Below are positions 14,135 through 25,049 of a stretch of DNA of 64,000 nt, piece after piece (the first letter of the stretch is position 1; the number at the start of each line of letters is the position of its first letter). The stretch is from Octopus vulgaris. Lineage: Eukaryota. The translations under genes were made by a program, and so were the position numbers. The notes below the pieces were generated by a model. That model worked only from the letters and a program-made list of their open reading frames with translations, was not told the DNA's origin and made no database searches. Where the stretch lies: contig OX597821.1 in the NCBI GenBank assembly GCA_951406725.2, positions 82,770,001 to 82,834,000 on the forward strand. Direction: 5' to 3'.

Positions 14135-14520
14135 GTGGAGGCGCAATGGCCCAGTGGTTAGGGCAGCGGACTCGCGGTCATAGAATCGCGGTTTCGATTC
14201 CCAGACCGGGCGTTGTGAGTGTTTATTGAGCGAAAACACCTAAAGCTCCACGAGGCTCCGGCAGGGGATGGTGGTGATCCCTGCTGTACTCTTTCACCAC
14301 AACTTTCTCTCACTCTTTCTTCCTGTTTCTGTTGTACCTGTATTTCAAAGGGCTGGCCTTGTCACTCTCTGTGTCATGCTGAATATCCCCGAGAACTACG
14401 TTAAGGGTACACGTGTCTGTGGAGTGCTCAGCCACTTACACGTTAATTTCATGAGCAGGCTATTCCGTTGATTCAGATCAACCGGAACCCTCGTCGTCGT
14501 AACCGACGGAGTGCTTCCAC
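14135..14520 (+). mobile_element. Young GC-rich tRNA-derived SINE family B
   Basis: TGGCCCAGTGG A-box and GTTTCGATTCC B-box-like motif; perfect 12-bp TSD attatgaatatt (14123-14134, 14521-14532). Confidence 0.85.
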
Positions 14521-14742
14521 ATTATGAATATTATCTGGCACAGTGTTTTTCAACCATTTTTTTTTAATCTCTGGACCGCTTTGATTACTATTTTATTCTT
14601 GTTTAAAAACAAGTTTTATAGATACTTCTTTCAAAATTCCCATTTTCACTTCTTCACTTGCATAGTCTGCAATAGTAATCTCTGAGTGAACATGTTTCAG
14701 TGGTCAAAAACATGTTAAACTATCTAAAATGTTAGAGAAAGA

Positions 14743-15193
14743 CCATTATTTACATTATTTATATTTGACGGATATTTGTCCTCATCTTGTTTGTTGTTAA
14801 CACAACGTTTTGGCTGAAATACCCTCCACCCCTTCATTAGGTGTCTTAGGGAAATTTTGAACCTGGGTTCTCATTCCTAAGGTATTTTATTATGTTATTA
14901 TTATTATATTATTATTATTCAGGTCATTGCTTGGCAGGCTACTAACCTCAAGATTCCAAGTTCGATTCCAAGCAATTACCTAAATAATAATAATATAATA
15001 ATAATGATAATAATAACATTCATAAAATACCTTAGGAATGCGAACCCAGGTTCAAAATTTCTCCAAGACACCTGATGAAGGCTGGAGGGTATATCAGCTG
15101 AAACGTTGTGTTAACAACAAATAAGATGAGGAGAAATATCCGTCAAATGTAAATAATGGACATAATCCCTCATCTCTTAAATATAGAACTTTA
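14743..15193 (+). mobile_element. Non-autonomous Penelope-like insertion: ~190-bp inverted arms, tRNA-like spacer, hammerhead motif, ~30-nt unpaired 3' tail
   Basis: Arms 14743-14934 and 14968-15159; 11-bp TSD ttagagaaaga at 14732-14742 and 15194-15204; inserted in a hAT-like MITE. Confidence 0.75.
15067..15112 (+). ncRNA. Minimal type I hammerhead ribozyme motif
   Basis: gacac-CTGATGA-a-ggctg(loop)cagct-GAAA-cg-TT-gtgtt: stem I gacac/gtgtt, stem II, palindromic ACGT stem III; one extra A before stem II; predicted cut at 15107/15108. Confidence 0.65.
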
Positions 15194-15499
15194 TTAGAGA
15201 AAGAAACCTAGCTGTTTTTTGCACTAAATATATCTAAAGAAAGCCCTTAAATTGCAAATGTGGATCTCCAGTTTACTGCTTTGCTTGCATGCAACTCAGT
15301 TGAGAGCCACTGATCTTAGCATGTTAAATGTTGCATCCCTGATAATTCCTTTTGTTGTGTTTTTAGGACATTTTAACAAAAATGCAATAATATTCTTTCT
15401 AGCATACAAATCAAATTTTCTAAACCAAAATTTACAGCCAAAAATGTTAGGTTGACAAAAATCAAAACAACTATGTGAAAAGCAGCAGGATTTGGAAAG

Positions 15500-15680
15500 A
15501 TCATCATCATCATTGTTCAACCGTGGTCGAGACAATGGAATTTACCATGCTACGCCAGACTTCACGGTCCATCATGGCATTACGGAGGTCCTGTTGCTGG
15601 ATGCCTGTATCCCTGGAGATTACATCAGGGTAGGAGAGTGTGCACCCTCTGGTATTGCGAGTAGATGGCTTCCATGGAAA
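15500..15680 (-). mobile_element. 3' end of another RTE-like LINE
   Basis: WKPSTRNTRG...YPDVISRDTG...LRNAMMDREVWR C-terminus followed by a (GAT)n tail. Confidence 0.65.
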
Positions 15681-15790
15681 GATAATGACAATATCTGAAT
15701 GTTTACACTGCATGTTTATGCTATATACTATATTGGCTTTGCTCACCAAAAAATAAGATTATTGTGCAATATTACAATTTTACTTTACAG

Positions 15791-15867
15791 ATTCTGGTTC
15801 TTCAAATTTGTGATTCTTTGTCTCTTCTGTGCTACGGCCTTTATGCTGCCAAGGGAGTTTAATTTGT
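15791..15867 (+). CDS. SERINC5: SERINC5-like exon 3 (phase 2/1)
   Basis: ttacag|(G)FWFFKFVILCLFCATAFMLPREFNL|gtgagt; completes the hallmark NGFWFFK motif. Confidence 0.93.
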
Positions 15868-16706
15868 GTGAGTTGACTATAAATATCCATTTTTTTATCT
15901 CTTATTTCTAATAGTTATTTAAAAACCTGGTTTGTGGCACAGATATTAACCTTTTCACTGCAAAATTAAATTTCATGGTTATTCCTGTAATAATGTTAAA
16001 TATCAACCAAAAATAGAAGTGCTATTTTCTACAAGTCACATTATCTCACTAAACTTGACATGTCTCAATAAAAAATTAGTTTCAAGAATGACATTCCTCA
16101 ACAGAAGATAGATTGGCATTATAAAACTACTTTCTGCAGTTAAGGTTAGTGAAATTTTGAGTGGATATATCTGATTTCTGCAGTGAAATCAGAAATGATG
16201 GTCGGTGTATGGCATTCCTATGAGTATGAACAGGAAATGTTTATGGATAATATTTGAAGTATTAACTAATATATTTGACATTGCTCTAAGATGCATATAA
16301 AAGTTTGCACGCAGCCCCACACATGCATGTATGCGCATAAAGGAATAGGCTAGGCATATTGCAAGATGCACAGACAGCAGGTGGATCCATGCAGTTTCCA
16401 AGTGGTATCCAAAAGATTGGAAAAGGCCGTGCTGAAGGCCTCCATGATGATGGAAAGACAACTGAGTTAAATGATTTGGGCCAAGAAGGAAAATAAAGGT
16501 GCAATCAAGAAAGAATTAGAAGTGCATTGTGGCCAGCAGTGTTGTCACTGTCATACAAGCAGTGTCATTCATTTCCAATATCTTGTGGGTACATGTCTGG
16601 CCATAAGGAAATATTACCCTATTTGGAAACTGGTACAAGTTAACAATAGAATTGACATCTAACTGTAGAAAGTCTGCGTCAGTAAACTCTATCTGATCCA
16701 TGCAAA

Positions 16707-17131
16707 CAGCGCTGGATTAACCCATTAAACAAAATATGCACATGCTTCAGGCATCAAGGGTCGGGGGCACCACAGAAATGAAAATGGTTTACGGCACAAA
16801 AGAAATCACTTTAAACTTGCTAAAATAACATTCATAATGCCTTATCTCTACTAAGTATAGAAGCAGATGTGTTACCTAAGATTAATTTTAATGAGATCAT
16901 CGAACACTTTGCAATTAAAAAAAAATAAAGGAGAAAAATTTTCAAATATATTTAAAATGGAATCATACAAAAATAAACATTATTTTCCTGAAAAATAAAA
17001 ATTTATTTTATGGGTTATTATTGTTTACATTTCAAATTATTTTTGTTTACATTTTGAACCATTTACATATACTTGAGGGTACCAAAATGTTTTTAGTACT
17101 TAGGGCCTCAATGGGTCTTAATCTGGCCCTG
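16707..17131. mobile_element. hAT-like MITE
   Basis: TIR cagcgctggattaa/ttaatctggccctg; degenerate TSD catgcaaa/catgtata. Confidence 0.7.
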
Positions 17132-17226
17132 CATGTATACACAGAAAAGTATATGTTGAAATGATGATAATATATATACATCCACATATACGCATACAAA
17201 TGTATAATTTCATGTTTATCTTTCAG

Positions 17227-17320
17227 ACTGGATGTATGTTGGCATTGCTGGTGGATTCTTGTTTATTTTGATTCAACTTATATTCCTGGTAGATTTTACG
17301 TATGCCTGGAATATAAAATG
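17227..17320 (+). CDS. SERINC5: SERINC5-like exon 4 (phase 1/2)
   Basis: tttcag|(Y)[30 protein letters not shown](W)|gtaagt; not in the ORF track, translated by hand. Confidence 0.93.
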
Positions 17321-17489
17321 GTAAGTTACAAGTAGTTGTTTTTATTTATTTATTCATTATTTTTGCATTATTATTCTGTGTGTGATTAGATTTCTGTAAA
17401 TATCTTTTATACTTCTTTCAATCGTTGGACTATGGACATGCTGGGGCACCATCTTGAAGTGTCAATCAGGTGACTCTGCTAGCCAGCAG

Positions 17490-20000
17490 GATGCATGATT
17501 GCTCTTAAATACAAAGACCCTCCCTGGTGAAGATTATACCCCCCAGCATAGACTAGTTATTAGTGACTTTAGACTCGAGGCCAGATGGATGCCAAAAAGC
17601 AGACCAATCTGGAAAAGAAGGGCTTGGAAGCTTAAGAACCTTTCACATGGTCAGAGGTTTAGGGATATCCTTACCGAGAAATTTCACGATAAGGAGGAGG
17701 AGCTACAGTCCTGTGACATAGCTGGGAATTCCTGCGAGACAGCTTGCTAAGTGCCACAGACCAAATCTGTGGCTGGTGCAAAGTCCCTTCCAGACCTAGG
17801 GTAACATGGTGGTAGAACAATGCTGTAGACAGGGCCATTAGAGCAAGGAAACAAGCTTGGACAGCTTGGAAGAGTGGTGGCAGCAGGAGAGTGTATCAGA
17901 GAGCCAAAAGGGAAGCTAGGAGACAGGTGTATATAGCCAAGGGAGTAGCAGAAAAGAAGTTTGCCAATGTTCAGCAACATGAGGACCAACGAACTGAAGT
18001 ATTTCAGATTGCAAAACAGTGTGTGAGAGAAAACTGTAATGTCATAGGAGAGAAATGTGTCCACATGGATGATGGTGCCCTTGCAGTTAATGATTTTGCA
18101 AAGAAAGAGGCTTGGAGATGCCATTATGAAAGACTGCTGAATGCCGAGAATGAATGGGAGGAGGAGAGTCTGCCAAAGCTTGACCCAATCAAGGGACCAG
18201 CTACCCAAATTGACAGTACCCTAGTACTTAAAGCAATTAAGGATATGAAGACAGGGAAAGCACCTGGCCCATCAGGAATCACTGCTGAGATGCTTAAAAT
18301 ATCTGGTGGTGTGGGTTATGGTCTTGTCACCCGCATTGTAAATCAGGTAGTTCATGAAGTAATCATACCCAATGACTGGTGTAGGAGCACCATAGTCAAC
18401 TGCTACAAGGGTAAAGGTGATGTTTTAGATAGAAATAACTACAGGGGTATCAAATTATTGGATCAGGTGATGAAAGTTATAGAGAGGGTCATAGCCCAAA
18501 TAATTAGGGAGAGAGTTAGCCTAGATGAGAAGCAGTTTGGTTTTGTGCCAGATAGAATCACCACTGATGCTATATTTCTGGTAAGGCAACTGCAGGAGAA
18601 ATATCTAGCCAAAGATAACCCCCTGTACTTGGCTTTTGTTGACTTGGAGAAAGCCTTTGACAGAGTCCCCCAATCCCTTATCTGGTGGTCAATGTGGAAA
18701 CTGGGGATAGATGAGTGGTTGGTAAGAGCTGTACAAGCCTTGTACAGGGATGCTGTCAGTAAAGTGAGGGTTGGCAATGAGTATAGTGAAAAATTCCAAG
18801 TAGAAGTAGGGGTTCACCAAGGATCAATCCTTAGCCCTTTCTTGTTCATTATAGTCCTCCAGGCAATAACAGAGGTATTCAAGACAGGCTGCCCCTGGGA
18901 GCTCCTCTATGCTGATGACCTTGCTCTAATAGCCGAGTCACTGCCAGAACTTGAGATGAAGTTTAGGGTGTGGAAGCAAAGTCTAGAATCAAAGGGCTTT
19001 AAGGTTAACTCAGCAAAAACTAAAGTCTTAGTAAGTAGGAAGGCTGTCAAATCACAAACCCTGTCAGGTAGATGGCACTGCTTGATCTGTAGAAAAAGTG
19101 TGGGTAGAAACTCCATATGATGTATCCAGTGTAAGCTATGGACACATAAAATGGGCAGCAATATCAAAGGAAGATTAACCAGGAAGACAGTTTTTGTGTG
19201 TGGCAGATGCACAGGGGCTATAAGCACCAAAGATGTACAGAAAACAGATTCCATCACATGCCAGGGGAAGAAACTAGAGGAGGTATATGTATGTATATTG
19301 ATGTATACGAAGTCTAGTCATGTTTATCTGCATCACTCTCTCCGTATCAGCTCGCCTGGATCCTTCTTATAGCCACTCTTTACCATGTGGACATAGTCCT
19401 TGTTAAAGACTTTGAAGTGCTCAAATCATTTGAGCACTTCTACATGTTTTCTATATTGAGCATCTCTAGATCCCATCTGTTGACTGCAAGAGGCATCAGA
19501 TGTGTGCAAGAGAGAAAACTACACTGGTTTGGTCGTGATGTGTATGTATGAGGACAGCTGCATAAAGAAGTGCCGAGCTCTAATTGTGGAAGGAACTGCT
19601 GGAAGGGGTAGATCCAGAAAGACGTGGGGCAAAGTGGTGAGAAACGAACTTCAGATGCTGGGCCTCACCGAGGAAATGACAAGGGACTGGGAATTGTAGT
19701 AATTTGCAGTATATAAGAATACACACCAAGCTAAGTAAAATCACTGTCGTCCATCCATACAGGCTTGACCTTTACAGGTGCTGGTGCCACATAAAATGCA
19801 CTTGTGCCAGTGCTACATAAACACATACATGCCAGTGGTATGTAAAAGGTACCCAGTACACTCTGTTAAGTGGTTGGCACTAGGAAGATGCCACAACAGA
19901 CAATTGGAGTCTGGACAGCTCCTGGACTGGCCAGCTCCATGTCAAACCATCCAACCCAACCAGCATGGAAAGCAGACATTAAATGATGATGATGATGATA
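17490..20000 (+). mobile_element. 5'-truncated, decayed RTE-clade LINE (RT ORF 17891-19120)
   Basis: GKAPGPSGI, NNYRGIKLL, QFGF, AFVDLEKAFDRV, GVHQGS, LLYADD motifs; end of the endonuclease (PQHRLVISDF) upstream; stops and frameshifts; 3' UTR ending in (GAT)n. Confidence 0.92.
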
Positions 20001-20013
20001 TATATATTTATAG

Positions 20014-20257
20014 TTACTCTTTTACTTGTTTCAGTCATTTTGATTGCGGCCATGCTGGATCACCGCCTTTAGTCGACCCCAGGACTTATTCTTTGCAAGC
20101 TTACTACTTATTCTATTGGTCTCTTTTGCCGAACTGCTAAGTTACGGGGACGTAAACACTCCAGCATCAGTTGTCAGGAGGGACAAACACAGACACACGA
20201 ACATGTACACACACACACACACACACACTCACTCACATATATATATATATATATATC

Positions 20258-20289
<32 letters not shown>

Positions 20290-20455
20290 TACAACGGGCT
20301 TCTTTCAGTTTCCGTCTACCAAATCCACTCACAAGGCTTTGGTCAGCCCGAGGCTATAATAGAAGACACTTGCCCAAGGTGCCATGCAGTGGGACTGAAC
20401 CCGGAACCATATGGTTGGTAAGCAAGCTACTTACCACACAGCCACTCCTGCACCT
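20014..20455 (-). mobile_element. SINE family A, full length
   Basis: Same family; abuts the RTE tail. Confidence 0.85.
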
Positions 20456-20632
20456 ATTTGCATGTGTGCATGGTATTTTTGTTATTTCAAAAGACTGAAA
20501 TTTAGTGATCACTTGTTGTGTTGTTTTGATGACTTATTTACTGTGTTTCCTTTTTAAACTTCACTCAGTCACTTCCTAAAGTTAAATACTTTCTACATTA
20601 GGTTTCTACCTCATCTTTTTCCATTTTTACAG

Positions 20633-20676
20633 GTCATATAAACCTTCTGGAGAAATAAATACATGTGGTGCTGCAG
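20633..20676 (+). CDS. SERINC5: SERINC5-like exon 5, 44 nt (phase 2/1)
   Basis: Polypyrimidine tract and ttacag|(W)SYKPSGEINTCGAA(G)|gtaagt; phases bridge exons 4 and 6 exactly. Confidence 0.85.
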
Positions 20677-22735
20677 GTAAGTTTTCTCTCAAGTTTCACT
20701 TTATTTGAATTTGTTGATTATACTTTAGACTATTGATTTGTTATACACAAATATGTTTAGATTATTGTTCTCTTCTTGGTTGTTATTGTCACAATGCTTC
20801 AGCATTTCTATTGTACCTAGTTCTTGAAATTTCAAGCCAAACCCTTTATTAAATCCACTGAGGTAAATCGTCCATACTGACAATATTCTCCTGATTGTGA
20901 GTTCATTCACACATTCTATATATAGATATAGATTACCTGATCTCTGAGACTGAACTGATGCTCACCAAATGCATGACAGCATTTAACAATTAATGCTTAT
21001 ATTCATTATTCTATTATCCTGTAAAATGACCAGATTGTAGAAATAAGGAGTTTTTAAACTGGCCATATTGATCCAAAATATTCTACGTGTTTAATGCTCA
21101 AACCAACCAAATCCTGCTTCTCACACCTACCTGTCAATGTCATTTTAAAAATAAGCAATCACATCATCAAAATTTTGTTGCTACAAGATAATGCATGATT
21201 AATTAAAAACAATGGGAATTGAGAAGCATCTCATTTGACAGAGTAATCTGAATGCTAGAAGGTTAAGTCTAACTTTTGTAATAATCATAGGTTTAATATC
21301 ATTTTAAATTAAAGGCTTGTCTAAAATGGTTACCTCTATGCTTGGCCTACTGAAGAGGTTATCAAAGCTGAGCACATTTACTGATACTTTGTCATTTTAT
21401 TTTCCATCGTTGTTTCTTATCTATCATTCTGATTTTGTTCCATGATGTTTGGTGAATTTTCCATTCAGAAATTATCAGCAATCTCCGATGTTTCTGTCTC
21501 TCCACAGAATACAGCCTTACAATGTTTCTCTAGCTTTACTTTTAACGAGCAGCTGGTTTCACCTTCATATTCACTGCTACAACTGCAAGGATTGGAATAT
21601 ACACAATTCTTGTATAAGGAGAATGAAACATTTGGTGGCTACTTTCCAAGCTAAATTCAACTCATTTCTTTAGTTACAGTTCAGAATACTGTGTAGTTGT
21701 CCACATGTTATTACTATGGTCACCTGACTACTTCAAGTTGTACCATTTAGTTTCAATTGTAAGTATGGAGACACACAAGTATTCACATTAACCCATTAGC
21801 ATTTTATCAGGCCACAATATTCTACCCTTTTTTATATTCAAATTAGTCAGATCTGGCCTTTTATACCAATTTTATAATGTCATTTTAAAAACAAACAAAC
21901 GTATCGAAATCTTGAAGCTATGAGATAATGCATGACTTATTCAAAACTATGAATAAACAGACATTTGACTGAGTTATTTGAATGTCAAAGGATTAAATAA
22001 CAGTAATCTTACACTCTCCCTTCCTAAAATAGAAAATTTTTACCAATATGAAACAGTTTTATGGGATTACTCCCATCCATATTAATTGGGATGCTTTTTT
22101 ATATGTAACAGGATCTCCTTAGTTCCCAAGGGACTGTTGATTCCTGCTATCTTATGTCATATATTTCTTATCATTTGGTCCTTTTGCTGCCAGATTTCTT
22201 TTATTTTTGTTCCACAATAGGAAAGGTGGGGATTGTGAATTTGTAAAATTAAAGATTTAGTATTTTTTGCAGCGCAGGTCCACTTTCGTTTTATCCCTTA
22301 TACTAAAAAGGTATCACAATACCACTTCAGGTGGTCAGTGAACATGCTAGAGATTGCACCCAAATTTCTATCAAATCATACCTCATTGTCTTAAAACTAA
22401 AGAAGTCTTTCGATTAGATAGTCTCATACATACAATATATGCATAGAAAAAAAAAAAAAATTCTGGCCATAGCTGCAACACCTTTGGTTATATCTTTGCT
22501 TCTTAGAGACCAACTTAAGACTAATTGTCTTCATCATCATCATCAACATCAGCAGACAATTACCACTTTTTTTTATAACTGATATCATTTCATAAACAGA
22601 AATAATTCAACAGCAGGTTTGAGTTCTGCAATCTATTGTTAATTGGTTGATGATTAGTGAACAACTTGAGAAATAATATTTTTTTTTTCAATTGCTATTT
22701 TGATTCTATATTTTTTCTTGTGTTTCTTTTTTCAG

Positions 22736-22909
22736 GCACAATCATTTGTGGCCTTTTGTTCTACCTCGTTGCCATTGGTGGTATAGTGTGGTTGTTTTAC
22801 AACTACACTCGTATTAATGGTTGTAACATCAACAAGGCCTTCATCAGCATCAATGTTGGTCTTTGTCTTTTACTCAATGTTGTCACCCTCATCCTTTGTT
22901 CTTCCAAAC
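22736..22909 (+). CDS. SERINC5: SERINC5-like exon 6 (phase 1/1)
   Basis: tttcag|TIICGLLFYLVAIGGIVWLFYNYTRINGCNINKAFISINVGLCLLL...SSK|gtaagt; GCxxNKxFISIN motif. Confidence 0.93.
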
Positions 22910-23689
22910 GTAAGTTTTAATCACTCATGTTCTTCAAAACATTTTTTCACACTGAATAATCATTTGGTATGATTTTGTAGTTAAGAAACTCACTTTATGA
23001 TCACATGGTTTCAGGTTCAGTCCAACTTGGGCAAGTGTCTTCTCCTGTAGCCCTAGGTCAATCAATACCTTGTGATTGGATTTGTTAGATGGAAACCCAT
23101 TATATGTGTGTCTTTGTGTATATCCCCCTCCCATTTACATTTGATGATGGGTGTTTTTTTTGTTTATGTTCTTGTAACTTGGTTTCTGCAAAAATAACTG
23201 ATAGAATAAGCTCCAAACTTTAAAACAGTAGTCCTGGAATTGAACTGTTTTCTCTAGGCTCTTCAAAGCAGTGTCCCAACATGGCTGTTGTCCAATGACT
23301 GAAACAAATAAAAGATAACAGCTAAACCGAAACTCAGTTTAGCACCATATTGGTCCTTGGATCTTTCAGTGAATCCCACTCTATTACAAGAATTTCAACT
23401 GGGTCTCTGGTCTGAGGATATTTTTCTCACTTCCTTCCATTGGTCTCAGAGCCCCAAAGGAAGTTCAGGGACACTGTCTTTCTTCTGACTAGACATCTTC
23501 ATCATCATTTAATGTCTGTTTTCCATGCTGGTATGGGTTGGATGGTTTGATATAAGCTGGCAACCTAGAGAGCTGCACCAGGCTCCAATTGTCTGTTTTG
23601 ACATGGTTTCTATGTCAACCACTTTGCAGAGTGTACTGGGTGCATTTTACGTGGTACCAAAGTGGGAAGACAGTTATTGTTGTTGCTGT

Positions 23690-24066
23690 TTGTTTGTTTG
23701 TTTGTTGAGCGAAGCGGTCTTTGTCCCAGAGCTAGTGGGAGAAGTCCGAAACGTGTTCCTTTGCTATTCATAAGACCCGCAGAAAAGAAAGCAGGTCAAC
23801 CTCTGACACCGAGAGCATCGATGGATGGATGAATGCGCATCCAGGCTCAGTGGTTGCATAGGAAGTCGGGGACAAGAAACAAGAAAAAAAAGTGAGAGAA
23901 AGTTGGGGCGAAAGAGTACAACAGGGGTTGCCACCACCCCCTGCCGGAGCCTCATGGAGCTTTAGGTGTTTTCGTTCAATAAACACACAACGCCTGGTCT
24001 GGGAATCAAAACCGCGATCCTCCGACTGCGAGTCCACTGCCCTATCCACTGGGCCATTGCACCTCC
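23690..24066 (-). mobile_element. SINE family B head and core with a different 3' tail, ending in (AAAC)n
   Basis: First ~190 nt match 14137-14330, then unrelated sequence. Confidence 0.8.
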
Positions 24067-24364
24067 TTGTTGTTGCTGTTGCTATTGTTTAGTTCTATGT
24101 CTGTCCTGATCAAGCAAAGATATCTTTCATCTTATACTTGTTTCAGTCATTGGACTGCAGCCATGCTAGAGCACCACATTGAAGAGTTTAACCAAATGAA
24201 TCAGCTCCAGAACTTATTTTTAAGCCTGGTGCTTATTCTGTCAGTTTCTTTTACCAAACTGCTAAGTTATAAGGACATAAACAAACCAGCACTGGTTATC
24301 AAGTGGTGGTAACATAACACACTCACAACGACACAAACACACATATTCACATACACCCCACCAT

Positions 24365-24399
<35 letters not shown>

Positions 24400-25049
24400 T
24401 GGGCTTCTCTCAGTTTCTGCCTCCTAAATCCACAATCAAAGCTTTGGCTGGCCTGATAGAATGCACTTGTTCAAGGTGCCATGCAGTGGAACTGAAGACC
24501 CAAGACCACATTGTTGAGAAGCATGCATCTCCACCACACAACCACACTTGTGCTTGTAAGAATAACAGACCAGCTAAGGTTGAAGATTTTCTATGACTGT
24601 TGTGTATATTATTTTCAGACATTGTTTATGTAGGACTACATTAGTCAATGTGTCCTCCAATTTTTAAAGATAGCATGGAGTGTTTTGAGGGAAATTTGGC
24701 TGTTATTTCTAGCAGGTCAAATGATTACATAGAGGCTGTGTCATTGGTTCAAACCACAGCAGTTTGCTATACTCTACACTTTAGCTATCTTAGGGAGCTT
24801 CAATATAGTAGCTCGACCTGCTAGAAATAGCAGCCAAATCCCCTTCAAATCACCCCTTACAATTTAAAAAAAGAAAAGAAAGAAAGAATTTGGATAATGT
24901 TGTCCAAGGTACACTACGCCTGAAAGAAAAAGGAAGACAAGATAGTTACCTTTAATTAAAAGTTTGCTTGATCAGGACTCACTATACAACCACAACTGCT
25001 GCATTGCCTCCTCATTGGCTGCAGAAATCAAATTCTAAAAATATATTTA

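Noticed and set aside
14137-14210. Apparent tRNA gene
   Set aside because: No complete cloverleaf; it continues into a SINE body flanked by a TSD.
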